A stretch of DNA of 55,938 nucleotides, filler included, from Platydemus manokwari (taxonomy: Eukaryota): assembly GCA_037951405.1 (NCBI GenBank). It is 5 parts of 5 records of this genome, joined end to end, with 100 filler letters (N's around TTAATTAATTAA, not from the genome) between each part and the next. Parts side by side here need not be neighbours in the genome. Positions count along the whole stretch, not along the records: positions 9,403 to 19,987 come from JBBMOY011121774.1; positions 20,088 to 35,876 come from JBBMOY011238097.1; 3 more parts are not named here. One strand, 5' to 3'. Below, piece by piece: positions 13,648-24,399 of this stretch; the stretch's first letter is position 1, and every line of letters starts with the position of its first letter. Made by a program: the position numbers and the translations under genes. The notes under the pieces were generated by a model. The model saw only the letters and a list, made by a program, of their open reading frames with translations, searched no databases and had not been told where the DNA came from.

Positions 13648-14088
13648 CTATAACTTATATTTATCATCATCTCCACCATCAACTTTACGTTTATTTCGAT
13701 AATGATTGCGTAATCCCTCATAAGTTGTATCTTCGAAAAGTTCTTCTATATTTTTATCATCGGTGCTTGGAAAATTTCTTTTATCCTTATAAATAGCTCT
13801 ATCTTCTTCCTCATAAAACCTTTTCAAGTAACTATCATCCAATTGCAAAATTTTATCGCGACATTGTTTCTTATATGACATATGACCAATTATATTTCCA
13901 AGAAAAGCTACACCAATATATTGTGTCGCAATACCCAAATAGGAGGAGGTTTTCATTTTACCTGTAAATTGTCTATAAGCTAAGAATCCAAAACCCATTA
14001 CAATTAATGGAATAGATCTGTAACGAAATCCTTCTCTTCGGCATTCATTAAGAGCCTGATAATCTTCCATAGTCATATTTTTTTCCAT
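13648..14088 (-). CDS. OCIAD1: OCIA domain-containing protein (OCIAD1/asrij family)
   Basis: ALNECRREGFRYRSIPL...GNIIGHMSYKKQCRDKILQLDDSYL matches the OCIA pattern (ECxxESFWxRSxPL...GKxSYxxxCxEKFxxLxNSxL), with two hydrophobic segments. TYEGLRNHYR echoes the family's YEELRxxNR motif. First ATG at 14088. Confidence 0.85.
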   Translation of the reverse strand: MEKNMTMEDYQALNECRREGFRYRSIPLIVMGFGFLAYRQFTGKMKTSSYLGIATQYIGVAFLGNIIGHMSYKKQCRDKILQLDDSYLKRFYEEEDRAIYKDKRNFPSTDDKNIEELFEDTTYEGLRNHYRNKRKVDGGDDDKYKL

Positions 14089-16336
14089 TTTAAATCGCAA
14101 ACCGTATTTTCAATTATTTAAACACTAACTACGTAATTTAATCTATTAATCAAATTATAGTAAAAAAAAACTATCATAGAATTTTAAGATTCTGACATGA
14201 ATTTAATTACTATCTAATGATTCAAAACGTTAAATACAGACTATTTAGTTAAATATTATTATTAGTAAATCCTTAAGTAAAACTCAAAAATTTCTGTAAT
14301 TTTTTTAAATGTTCATATTAAATATGAAAATTTTTAAAATCAAGATCAACAACAGTAATATTTTATTTTGTTTAAAATATTTTCTTATGAAACTTGAAAA
14401 AACATAACTTAAAAAACATAGGGAAAAAGAAACTTTCATCAATAATCGTGTAACTTAAATAGTATTAATTTAAGCAGATTTCATACGCCGAGTATTTATT
14501 ATTTTTATTTATTTATTTACATATTTTCTAAGTATTTTTTATTTATAATGATAATAAGATATACTTTTAATAAATAAAACTGAAGAACATTAAATACAGT
14601 TTATTGATAATAATAAACGGACAAAATAAACAAAAAATACTTAAACGTAAATAAACATTAAGTCAATTACCCGAGATGGACTAAATTCAACTTAGTAAAT
14701 AAAGAATTTTCATACCATTCATAGACACAGAATTATTTGACGAATATTATTATTGCAATTGGACAATTACCTTATCCATTTCGATATTTATCATTAAAAT
14801 TATTTGGAAAATATTTTAAACAGTGATTAGTAACTTTTTTATTGTCATTATAATTAATTATAGAACCACGGCTATTTCTAGCCTAGTAGTCTTTTAAAAT
14901 CCGATAAGAAACTTTCACTTCGTTGCCACTTTAATTTTTTATAGTCGTCTTTGATTACTTCATTGTTCTCTCCACAATGGATCTTTATTACTTATCTGAT
15001 CGTCGCCAAAATTCATATTTAAATTAATCCAATACATTTTATTGTTTTGTCTCAAGGGCTATTGTTTGTAATATAATTTATATTTATATTTTAAATATTA
15101 ATGATTATATTATTCGAAATTATTTAGCAACTGGAACCTTTATTTGTTGGGGTCCAGGTAAGTAAAGGATTTTCAAATTTTTCTGATTTATTTTAATATA
15201 ATTTTTATATCAGTAATTTCTTACTTTGCTAATGGTATTTTGAACCTATATTATAAATTATAAAATTATATATAAATTTTTCAAACCTTTAAAAGTCTTA
15301 AAATTTAAACCACGGTGGGATTATATAATTGCAAAGAACATTATAAGAAATTAGTCGATAAATTAAGTATCAATTTATTGAAGTCAGAAATAATAAATAT
15401 AACGAATTTGACTCGTGAGATTAAAACGAATATAATAAAAGATGACAATACTTAAATGAACTTGAAATTAAGATAAAAATCATTACGATATAAAGTACTG
15501 AAAATATAAAGTTAAACATTCATAATATCCGCGGAACTAGTAAAGAATAAAATTGATAAGTAGACCTTAAATGTTCTGACTACCTTATAATATATCAGCA
15601 GATGTTTAAATTACCAGCATCTAACAACTATTCTATCGCTGTTAGGCAGTTTCCTATAATTTTTATTTCTTCGATTAAGTGTAGCACCATAAAAAAATAT
15701 ATACATTTACGCCCATCTGCTGCTGGATAGAGATAAGCATTAAGGACAATTTTTTCTAATCAATGGAAAGAATTGGAATTTTTGAAACTCATTTCACATC
15801 AAAACCCTTTTTCCATATTTTCACAAGGTATATGCGAAGTTGAATTAAGAATTTCTGAAAAAATAATTTGAAATATCGAAAATTTTTCTGAAAAGTTTAT
15901 TTACCAAAATACAATTAATCGAAAAACTGATCTGTTAAAATGCAATTTTTAAAGATTATTTTATTTGATAACGCGCTGTTACTTTTACTAATTGATATAA
16001 AGAAATGACGAATATGTTTTAGCTAAACTTATATTTAAGAAAATAGCGATAAAAAGCTATGTAAAATATCTGGAAAATTTTCCATTATTTACAAGATCAT
16101 TGATAACGACGAAGAAAGATATATTAGCTCTATTGAACTGCCTGATCACATTGTAGTTGATTAGTGATAAAGCATAATGCGAAAACCACAAAATTACAAT
16201 AGATTTGATATTGGTGTCTTTTCAGTTTTAGTATTCGCTATGTGAGTTATCACGTACTTCTTTTCCAAGTCTGATAGAGCACATGCTGATTATTGTTTGC
16301 TCGTGTTTTAAAACAAAATAAGTTGTCAGTTAACCA

Positions 16337-16733
16337 TGTGAGGATTTTAAGATGAGTTAAAATAATTTTTAAATGTTTAAACGACTTGGTTAAATGCGTA
16401 TATTATATGTTGTGAATTTTCAATTCTTTCCTAATGTGTACTTTATGAAAAAGCAGCTGCTGAAAAAATCTAAGTAAGAAAAAAATAGAAGTAGGAATGT
16501 ATAAAAAAGTAAAGAAGTTTGAAGAAATAGAGATTTTATCTGGATAAATATTAGGAGAATTTGATGCAGAGATATTAAGAATGGACTGCAAATCAAACAT
16601 TTTAAAGAAAGACAGCTGTGAGGATTATAAAATGAGAATATTAAAAATATTAATTGGTTTAACTAATTTGGTTAAATATAATTTAACGTGTTGTGAATTT
16701 TCAATCGGTTTTAAATAAGGGCTTCATTAAATA
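16337..16733 (+). mobile_element. Decayed copy of the TRIM-like miniature LTR element (two direct repeats 280 bp apart)
   Basis: TGTGAGGATT... starts at 16337 and 16617 and both copies share the downstream TGTTGTGAATTTTCAAT block. The spacer is purine-rich and ends TTTAAAGAAAGACAGC just before the second TG, as in the 46.2-46.8 kb element. Confidence 0.55.
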
Positions 16734-17070
16734 CAGGGTGGTTGCTTGAAAAGCAGAAAATTTATCCAACTGCTATTTATTTTTACAAAGAATAACTTTT
16801 ACAAAGTTTTTTAAAAGTATATGTTATATTACACTCGTAGATGCTCAAAATGTCTTCCGTGCACTTCAGAGCAGTGTCTTAACCACATAAATTCAAGCTC
16901 GTGTAGCATTTTGAAGGATAACTTGTGAGATATCGTTCCAAGCTCTTCCCAAACTCGTTTTATGTCACGTCAACAATTCTGAAGCTCTGTTAAAAAAGCT
17001 CCAAAAGCAGTAATCCATGACATTTAAGTCTGGACTTTTGGAGGGCCAATCTTGCACCTCAATGCATATT
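16734..17070 (-). mobile_element. Tc1/mariner-superfamily (maT/DD37D-like) transposon 3' remnant
   Basis: The minus strand reads IEVQDWPSKSPDLNVMDYCFWS, the WPxxSPDLNPxD motif. It continues with LGRAWNDISQVILQNA and GRHFEHLRV* through frameshifts and stops. The terminus TA|CAGGGTG lies at 16732-16740. Confidence 0.85.
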
Positions 17071-19136
17071 GTTATGGAATTCAATTCTTAAATTAATATC
17101 CAACAAAAATTTTAATTAATCAGTGGTAGCCAACATGATTGATTTAATAATCATTCCACAGAATAAATGCTCCTTAGAAAAGTTATAGCGTTGATTTCTT
17201 ACACAATGCACTAAAATAAAATCCTCACTAAACTTATTTTTGCTCTACCAAAATGTTAATTGTATTTTTATCATTTCGTCCAATTGAATTACTTAAATTT
17301 TGTTTTGAAAATCCTCAGGGAATGATTCACATTTTCATTGTAATTTCATCTGTCACTTTGTTCTTTAATCTATGTTAATCTAAAATTTTGAATTTACTAT
17401 TTTGTAAATATAGAGTGTACGATTTCTTATTGGCTTACAATGAGTTCCCAAACACTTCAAAATAAACGATATTTATAATGTTGATAACTGAAGCTCAATA
17501 AGCAAGTACCATATAGCGTATCCTTGATATCAATACTTCTTAATTTAAATCACCAGCATAAACCTCTTGACAAACAACAACCAAAAACATTTACACCATC
17601 TGTCTCTCACCCATCATCAAATATGTTTATCAAAACAATTAAAAACCCTCCATTAAATAAGCAATACGCTTTTCCGATGCGATTTTCATTGATTCCGATT
17701 ATGTGCAAAATGCGAATCAATAGTAAAATGTGAATACTCTCTTGATTCTGTAATACTTCATTTGAACCTTTTCAAACTGGATCCAAATCTTCAGTATAGA
17801 ATCGAAAATCTTGATTCTGCAAACCTTTTTGAGAATCTTTAAAACCTGTAGTATTTATTGAATATACCCTCAAGACAATGGTATAAAATCTTGAGTTATT
17901 CATATGAGATGAAGAACTGGAATGATAAGGAAGAGCTCAGAAATTCTTCAAAATCTGAGATATTATACGAATTTAAATAGGTTTAATAAGTGAATCGAGT
18001 ATTCGAAACAACTGAAGGACAAAGAAGCAGTCTTACCACCAACGAAATGAATTCGAAAATTTAAATCGTAATTCTGACTTGAGAAATGTGTTTAATGTGT
18101 TTAATTAATAAAATAACCCAGCATTAATAAGGAGAACAGGTCCATCGCTTATCCTTTTCCATTTGTTCACTGTAACTAAGATTAAAACAAAAATGGCCGA
18201 TGTTAGTTGCCAAGATTTCTTTATTCTCGGAATTTAAATCACAAGTCATGTTTTTTAACAGCACGAAAAAAATATTATTTATTTAATCACATTGAAATAA
18301 ATTTTAAAATTAAAATAAATATTAAAATATCATTTTTAATTTTAATTTTTTAACATAATTTTTTAAAATATCTTTTGACGTCAATTTTTAATAATTTTAA
18401 TTATTTGTCGTATTTTTAAATATGCCTCACAGTTGAGTCATCGATGTAGTAACCATTCCTGAATAGGATTTATTGAATAGCAATACGAAATTGATATATA
18501 ACTTGATTATTATTATGATTTTTAGAAAATTATACCATAGGATCTCATCAGTGGAATGATAAGCAATCATAAATCACCGCAGAAATTAGACAAAAATCCA
18601 GTAAATATCAAGCTCATGGGTCATGAATCATATGTGATTCAATACACGATAGCAAATAAATATATCGTGTACTTCAAATACACAGGGTTTTGTTATATTA
18701 TTAAACGAAGCTGTAAAAAAGTGCAGAATTGAGTTCGAGGGAAGTAAAAGTGTTGTTTGTTTGTTAAAAAATACGTCGAGACAATAATAAATATATTTAA
18801 TATTTTAAAGCAAGAAATGAAAATAACTGTTATTGATTTTTATTACGCTTAGATATGCTTTGTTTTAATGAATATGAATATAACGAAACCTGTGATGCCA
18901 ATCAAATCATATTTCAAGAATTATTGATATTCTCAAGCAGGCAAAAATTTTAACTGTTTTTTTAGATTTTTCAGAAATTTTTAGACGACATTATAAAATC
19001 TATATTTTTCTGAAAAAGAATTTTTCAAAAAAATCGATTATGTATTAAATATCAATCGATTCATTGATTTGACATCATAATAATACATTAGAATAATATG
19101 AATTTCATTTCACATAATATTGAAATTAGAATGTCA

Positions 19137-19852
19137 TCAAAACTTGGTAATTTTTTTGCTCTGAATACATGGTAACCGTGGCAGGAGTTTTCTTTCTCCG
19201 ACTTCCAATTTATTTGCATTGTCTGGTAATTGATTGCGACTAGGGTAATAGATCAATGAAGGTAGTCTTCCTACCTAGTAAAATATTTAGTAAACAGAAG
19301 AGAGATTACGACACAATCAATGAAAATATTTGCGATTCCAAAAATGAACTCATTTGCTTAAATTTCATTGGACCAACTAATTAGAGAAAAATGAAAAGTT
19401 TTTATGTCTTCTATTACCTTCTGACTCATACGTATTTTCCCACCAATAAAACATAAAACATAGTAATAAAATATTAAGATAGAAATAGTTTTTTGCCAAA
19501 TATCTAAACCGTAATGATTTTTTCATGCACAATTAATTCTAGCATTGATTTCACAAACTCATTATTCAATGTCAAAAGCGATTGTAATTCAAAATCAATC
19601 CATACCAATGGGACACAATGCAAACACTTTTATCATTAAAAGTGGCGTCATTCAACGAAAAAAGTAGACAGCAATTAATACCTTTTTGTTTTGATCTCCA
19701 AATAGTACGCGTTTCCTGTTGATATCACCATACCATCTCGAATTATTATAGTATCGAACGTTTATTTCAGAATTATTTAAGTGACTGAAATAAGGATCTT
19801 TCAACAATGCTTCACAAGATATTCGTTTCCTTGGATCCATTTCAAAGCAGCT
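19137..19852 (-). CDS. 3' end of a CMGC kinase, most like cyclin-dependent kinase-like CDKL1/4 (5' part missing at the fragment junction)
   Basis: Exon 19852-19682 encodes SCFEMDPRKRISCEALLKDPYF (kinase subdomain XI; compare CDKL1-type CLxMDPxxRLTCEQLLxHPYF). It splices in phase 0 to exon 19274-19137, VGRLPSLIYY...KLLPRLPCIQSKKITKF*, which carries LPxL-type tail motifs. Confidence 0.7.
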
Positions 19853-19893
19853 CTTAATATTGAATATGAAATTTATGAAAATAATGATTAGGA

Positions 19894-19987
19894 AATAATA
19901 ATAATATTAATAATAACAATAATAATAATGATATTTATAATAATAATGATAACAATAATTATAATAATGATAATAATAATAATGATA
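19894..19987. repeat. Imperfect (AAT)n microsatellite at a contig end
   Basis: AAT/GAT/AAC triplet run leading into the spacer. Confidence 0.9.
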
Positions 19988-20087
19988 NNNNNNNNNNNNN
20001 NNNNNNNNNNNNNNNNNNNNNNNNNNNNNNNTTAATTAATTAANNNNNNNNNNNNNNNNNNNNNNNNNNNNNNNNNNNNNNNNNNNN
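19988..20087. other. Artificial contig-joining spacer
   Basis: 44 N + TTAATTAATTAA + 44 N. Confidence 0.97.
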
Positions 20088-20466
20088 AGTGAAATATTAA
20101 ATCGATGTATAAATACTAGTTTAAATCAGTAATATAGTGCATAAAATTTTAAACAAAATCGAAAAGATCATTCAAACCAACTTGGTTGTAGACACCTGAA
20201 ATTTACAATTTCATGAATGTCCATCCTAGAGGCAGTAAATCTACTTAAAGGGTTCAATTACAATATTTCACGTTTTTCAATTAAATCAAATTTTAGTTGG
20301 TTATCAAACACATTGACCGATTTTATTTATTGAGATTCAAGAAATATTAAATAGAAATCTTAGCACTATATGCAACTCCGAATAGATCATTAAATGTAAA
20401 GGAAATTAATTAACATTAAATCTCTTTAAATTACACAACGATGCTGATAAGTAGCCGAAATTTCAG

Positions 20467-21343
20467 AGAAGTCTTGTCGAACACTAAAAAACCGGGTTGA
20501 TATCCCACACTGGTGAGTTAAAGACCTTAAAACTGGTATATCGTCGGGCTATCCGTTATATTATATGTCTAATATCGTATTTATATACCCGTCAAATTTC
20601 AATAAAATTAATATTCAGGAAGACTCGAAATTTACATCAAAAGTAAGCCCGTGCATTGTAAGATAAAATGTAAATGACACACAAACTTCAAGACAATCGA
20701 TTTTACTAGCGAACCTGGAATGAGCGATTCCAAAAGAAAAAAATCTGAAAAATTAACAGAAATGTTTGTAAAAAATCCAAATTCATGTTGTAACGTGAGA
20801 TTAGAAGAGACTTATCACATCGATGAACCACATGTGCGCAAGTAAATATTCGAAATTATTTACAATATAATTATTGAAACTTATCATCGTTCTTAGAATT
20901 TGTCGAAAGGAGACATTTTTAAGCAATCCATTAACATTTGAAGATGTTAATGAAATTCTGAATAAGTGAGTTCGTTTCACAGTATACATAAACATGAAAC
21001 AATGATTTTTAATTTCAGTTCCGTTTCAAATAAATCCCCATTATCTCCATTTTCTTTCGATTCATCGATAATAACAGAATTAAGTCATTCGAATGATTTT
21101 TCAGATTTCCTGGATAATTTTGATAATAATATTGAAGATTTTAATGATGTATATTTTGTAAAAGCTGAAAAGGAGCTAAAATCTCAAACTAATATTGTTG
21201 AAAATGATATTGTATATCAAAAATTGTCTTTAAATAATGATTTTAATCACATAGATTCGGTAATAAAATGCGGTCAAGTTCTCAATGCAGTTCCGAAATC
21301 GTATGAAAACTTTTTACAAAAACAGGTACTTCTTGGTGAATAG
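20467..21343 (+). CDS. Spliced hypothetical protein (Ser/Asn/Asp-rich)
   Basis: Phase-consistent exons 20467-20512, 20619-20642, 20710-20841, 20897-20965 and 21019-21343, with donors GTGAGT, GTAAGC, GTAAAT and GTGAGT. A possible first exon is 20213-20234 (ATG). No domain recognised. Confidence 0.6.
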
Positions 21344-21910
21344 TATAGATTAATCAAGAAGCATGAATTCAAACATGTTTTAAAATATTGAGTACCTTTA
21401 TTACACTTTGTTTCTTCGAAGAACCTTAAAGTTTTTCGTGAATAATATTTTTAAATTGTTGTACAAATCCTTGATAAGAAACACAATTTTGAAATTTATT
21501 TTTTTTAAATTTCCCATTTGCTAAAATTAAAATCTAGCTTGTTTTAACCCATTGTTTATTATAAGAAAAATAAATCTAAGAAAAATAAATTACAAAACCT
21601 GCTTCAGTACATGCAGGATCCAAAATCCTATCGTTTCTTTTTATCTGTTCTGAAAAATTTCTCAATTTTCAAGTTATAATGTATCAATTTTATATCAATT
21701 TTTAATAATGGAATTTGGGCTTATTATCTTTCTCTGTCAGTTTGGTTTTAAAATTTTTATAAATTATTAAAAACTGTAATTTTAAAATATAAAATCCCTT
21801 AATGAATCAGATTAAAGCTGTTTAATATTGTTAATCTTATTGGTTAATCTTATTCAAAACCTATACTAAAACATCAAAATAAGAATAATAAATTATCATA
21901 GAATTAATTA

Positions 21911-22172
21911 CTGTAAAATCCCGAGTATAAGCTGCAGATGACATTTTTATAAAAACTGTAAAATCCCGATTATAAGCTGGAGCGCGTATTAGCTGCAGAT
22001 GACATTTTTTGTGATGGTTTTGAGGAGTGTGATGTTGAAAATTGAAATAAATAACCTTATCTTCGATTTGAATTGTTTTTTAGTTGTATAAGCTGCACAT
22101 CATATCGGCTGCAATTCAAAAATGTTGCCGTTATGTACGTATTAGCTGCAGCTTATACTCGGGATTTCGCAG
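21911..22172. mobile_element. MITE with Tc2/pogo-type termini and TA target duplication
   Basis: TA|CTGTAAAATCCCGAGTATAAGCTGCAG ... CTGCAGCTTATACTCGGGATTTCGCAG|TA, a 27-bp TIR with 2 mismatches. The left end is duplicated at about 21956-22010. Confidence 0.9.
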
Positions 22173-24399
22173 TAATAATTAAAATAATGCTTGATTTTTA
22201 TATGACTTTAAATGGATTTTAGATTTGATATAAGGTGGATCAGATTAGCCAAATAATATATGAAATTAATTATAAATTATAAATCAGTGTCACTTAAATT
22301 AAATCGATAATGAATGCAATTAAAATTGGTGTTACAATAAATATAATTTAAAGATATTAACTGACTACAATAATGATACAAACAATAATATAATATTTTT
22401 GTTATTAAAATGAGACAATAACCAGGTGTTAATGTGTTCTTTTTACTTTAATATAGGACTCTAGTATGATATGATATTAAATTTTATGTCTGCTTACACC
22501 TCAAGAATCATACTTGTTGACTACCTTGTTGATCGTTGTAATTGATTTTGCGCAAAAGTTTAGTAGTTAAATTAATAAATGGTTGGACTGGGTGCAATCC
22601 ATTTGATTTAAGAGCAAATAGAATGATTCCAACATAATTAATATCTAATGAATTCAAACAAAATAATAATTATTTTTAATTAATTATCTGATTGAGTCGC
22701 TATCATCCATCATAGTTGCAACTCTAACTGTAATCCAATATAAATTGGATTCTTAAATTAGATTTCTTTAAATTTTTGGACTCCGGCGGGATTTGTGCTG
22801 ATGACAATAATGCATCAAAATTTATTGCCCATCAGAGCTTTAAAATCCCTTCGGGATTTGAGTGATTTTTTAGTCACAATATAGTAATCCTGGGTGATAT
22901 ATGGCTTTATTAAATGGTCTCTAAATTGGTATGTAAACGGATAGCTATTTTTAGATTTATTTTAGTCTTACCTGTCTCTGGCCGGAGACACTGATGATAC
23001 TTGTGGAGGACCAAAATAAGGCACTATCCGCATTACAAAATTACCATTATCACCTCCGCAGCCACCGTCCTTGAAGTTTCTGAAAGATCTACAAGTCCTA
23101 TAAATCTCTAAGCTGATGTATTCATGGGGTTTGTGGAGAGCTGAAATAGGACCAAATTTCAGCATAAGATAAGTTTATTTATTTTTTTAATATTTTAATC
23201 AATAAACATGTTGCTGTTATTTCTCTTTGTTTTAATACTGAATCTATTTTGTCTTTTTTCTATATTAATTGTCGCTTTTCATTCCTTAACCATTGCATTT
23301 TTAGATATTATTATTATTATCTTATTCTATTTTTTAATTTTTTTCAATATTATTTTTATCTTTTATTATATGTTTAGTTAAATATTCCAAAAATTTGTTC
23401 TGTAAACTATTCTTCCTGATTGATGTGGGGTCTGGTACCCAACAATAGGTAAAAGCAATTAAATTAGATAATTGTACTAAGTTCCAAAAATAACTTAGAA
23501 TCAAAAGTTTAACAATCGAAACAGATGATTAACCTTTCAAAGTATCAAAAAATAATAAAATTTTAAACTTTAGAACGGCATCCAAAGTACCCATAGTCAA
23601 GTAGTATAAAAATCACTTCATAAAAAGAAAATAGAGATAATCCTCATTAAAACAGTTGAACGATAACTTATAAATTATAGAAAAAAATAGTTTTTCCAAA
23701 CTGAAAATTTTGGTAAATAATTAATACATCAATAATAATCAATAAATCAATACAACGAAGGGCTCAAAAACAAGTTTTATGCGTTGAAATCTTTAAGGTC
23801 TAACTAGATTCTTGAGGTCTCAGCAAGATCACTATGCTAATTGTTCGTAAAATTCTTTGCGAGTTAACTAGTACGATAATTTCGATTGTTATTGATCTTT
23901 AATTCAATAAAGTTTGAAAAATAATTTGTTGCATTTACATTATTGAAAAAACAGCGAGGAATAATTCATAAAAAATCAATATATATCTTCATTACGAACT
24001 CACGTTGTTGAATTTAATAACAGCATTCAAACACCATAAACCCAAAATCTATGATGAGCTGTAAATATTTAAATCCAATAAAATATTTTCCACGATAATT
24101 ATTTGTGTTAGGATCCAAACCCACATTGACAATTAACAAATTACGCCCACAATCAGCATTACGCCCACAGAATATAATTACACATTAAAAACAACAAAAC
24201 TCTATAAATAGAATGAAGTAATTCTATAAATAGATTAACAATTAAAAACAGAATTTTAAAATTACGCATTTAGAACAAAAAATACAAGTGGCTAAAAATA
24301 GGATTAAGTAAATACAAAAATGAAAAAATCACGATTGGCTTGAAGGGGTAACAGAAGCAGTATATAAGAACAACGACATTTAGAGAAAATCGCCAAAAA

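Noticed and set aside
14860-15860. Scattered exon-like segments on both strands (e.g. ATGTFICWGP ending at GTAAGT near 15158)
   Set aside because: I could not assemble a consistent, stop-free gene model.
20355-20512. ILALYATPNRSLNVKEI looked like the start of a forkhead domain
   Set aside because: The frame stops immediately, there is no WQNSIRHNLS-like helix 3, and the splice phases do not connect it to the downstream exons.
22968-23165. 65-aa minus-strand ORF ending at a perfect AG|GTAAG donor
   Set aside because: No recognisable protein, and its phase does not match the downstream exon candidates. It is more likely repeat-derived.
24140-24169. 12-bp direct repeat ATTACGCCCACA x2
   Set aside because: Only two units, consistent with a local slippage duplication. 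It is not an array.
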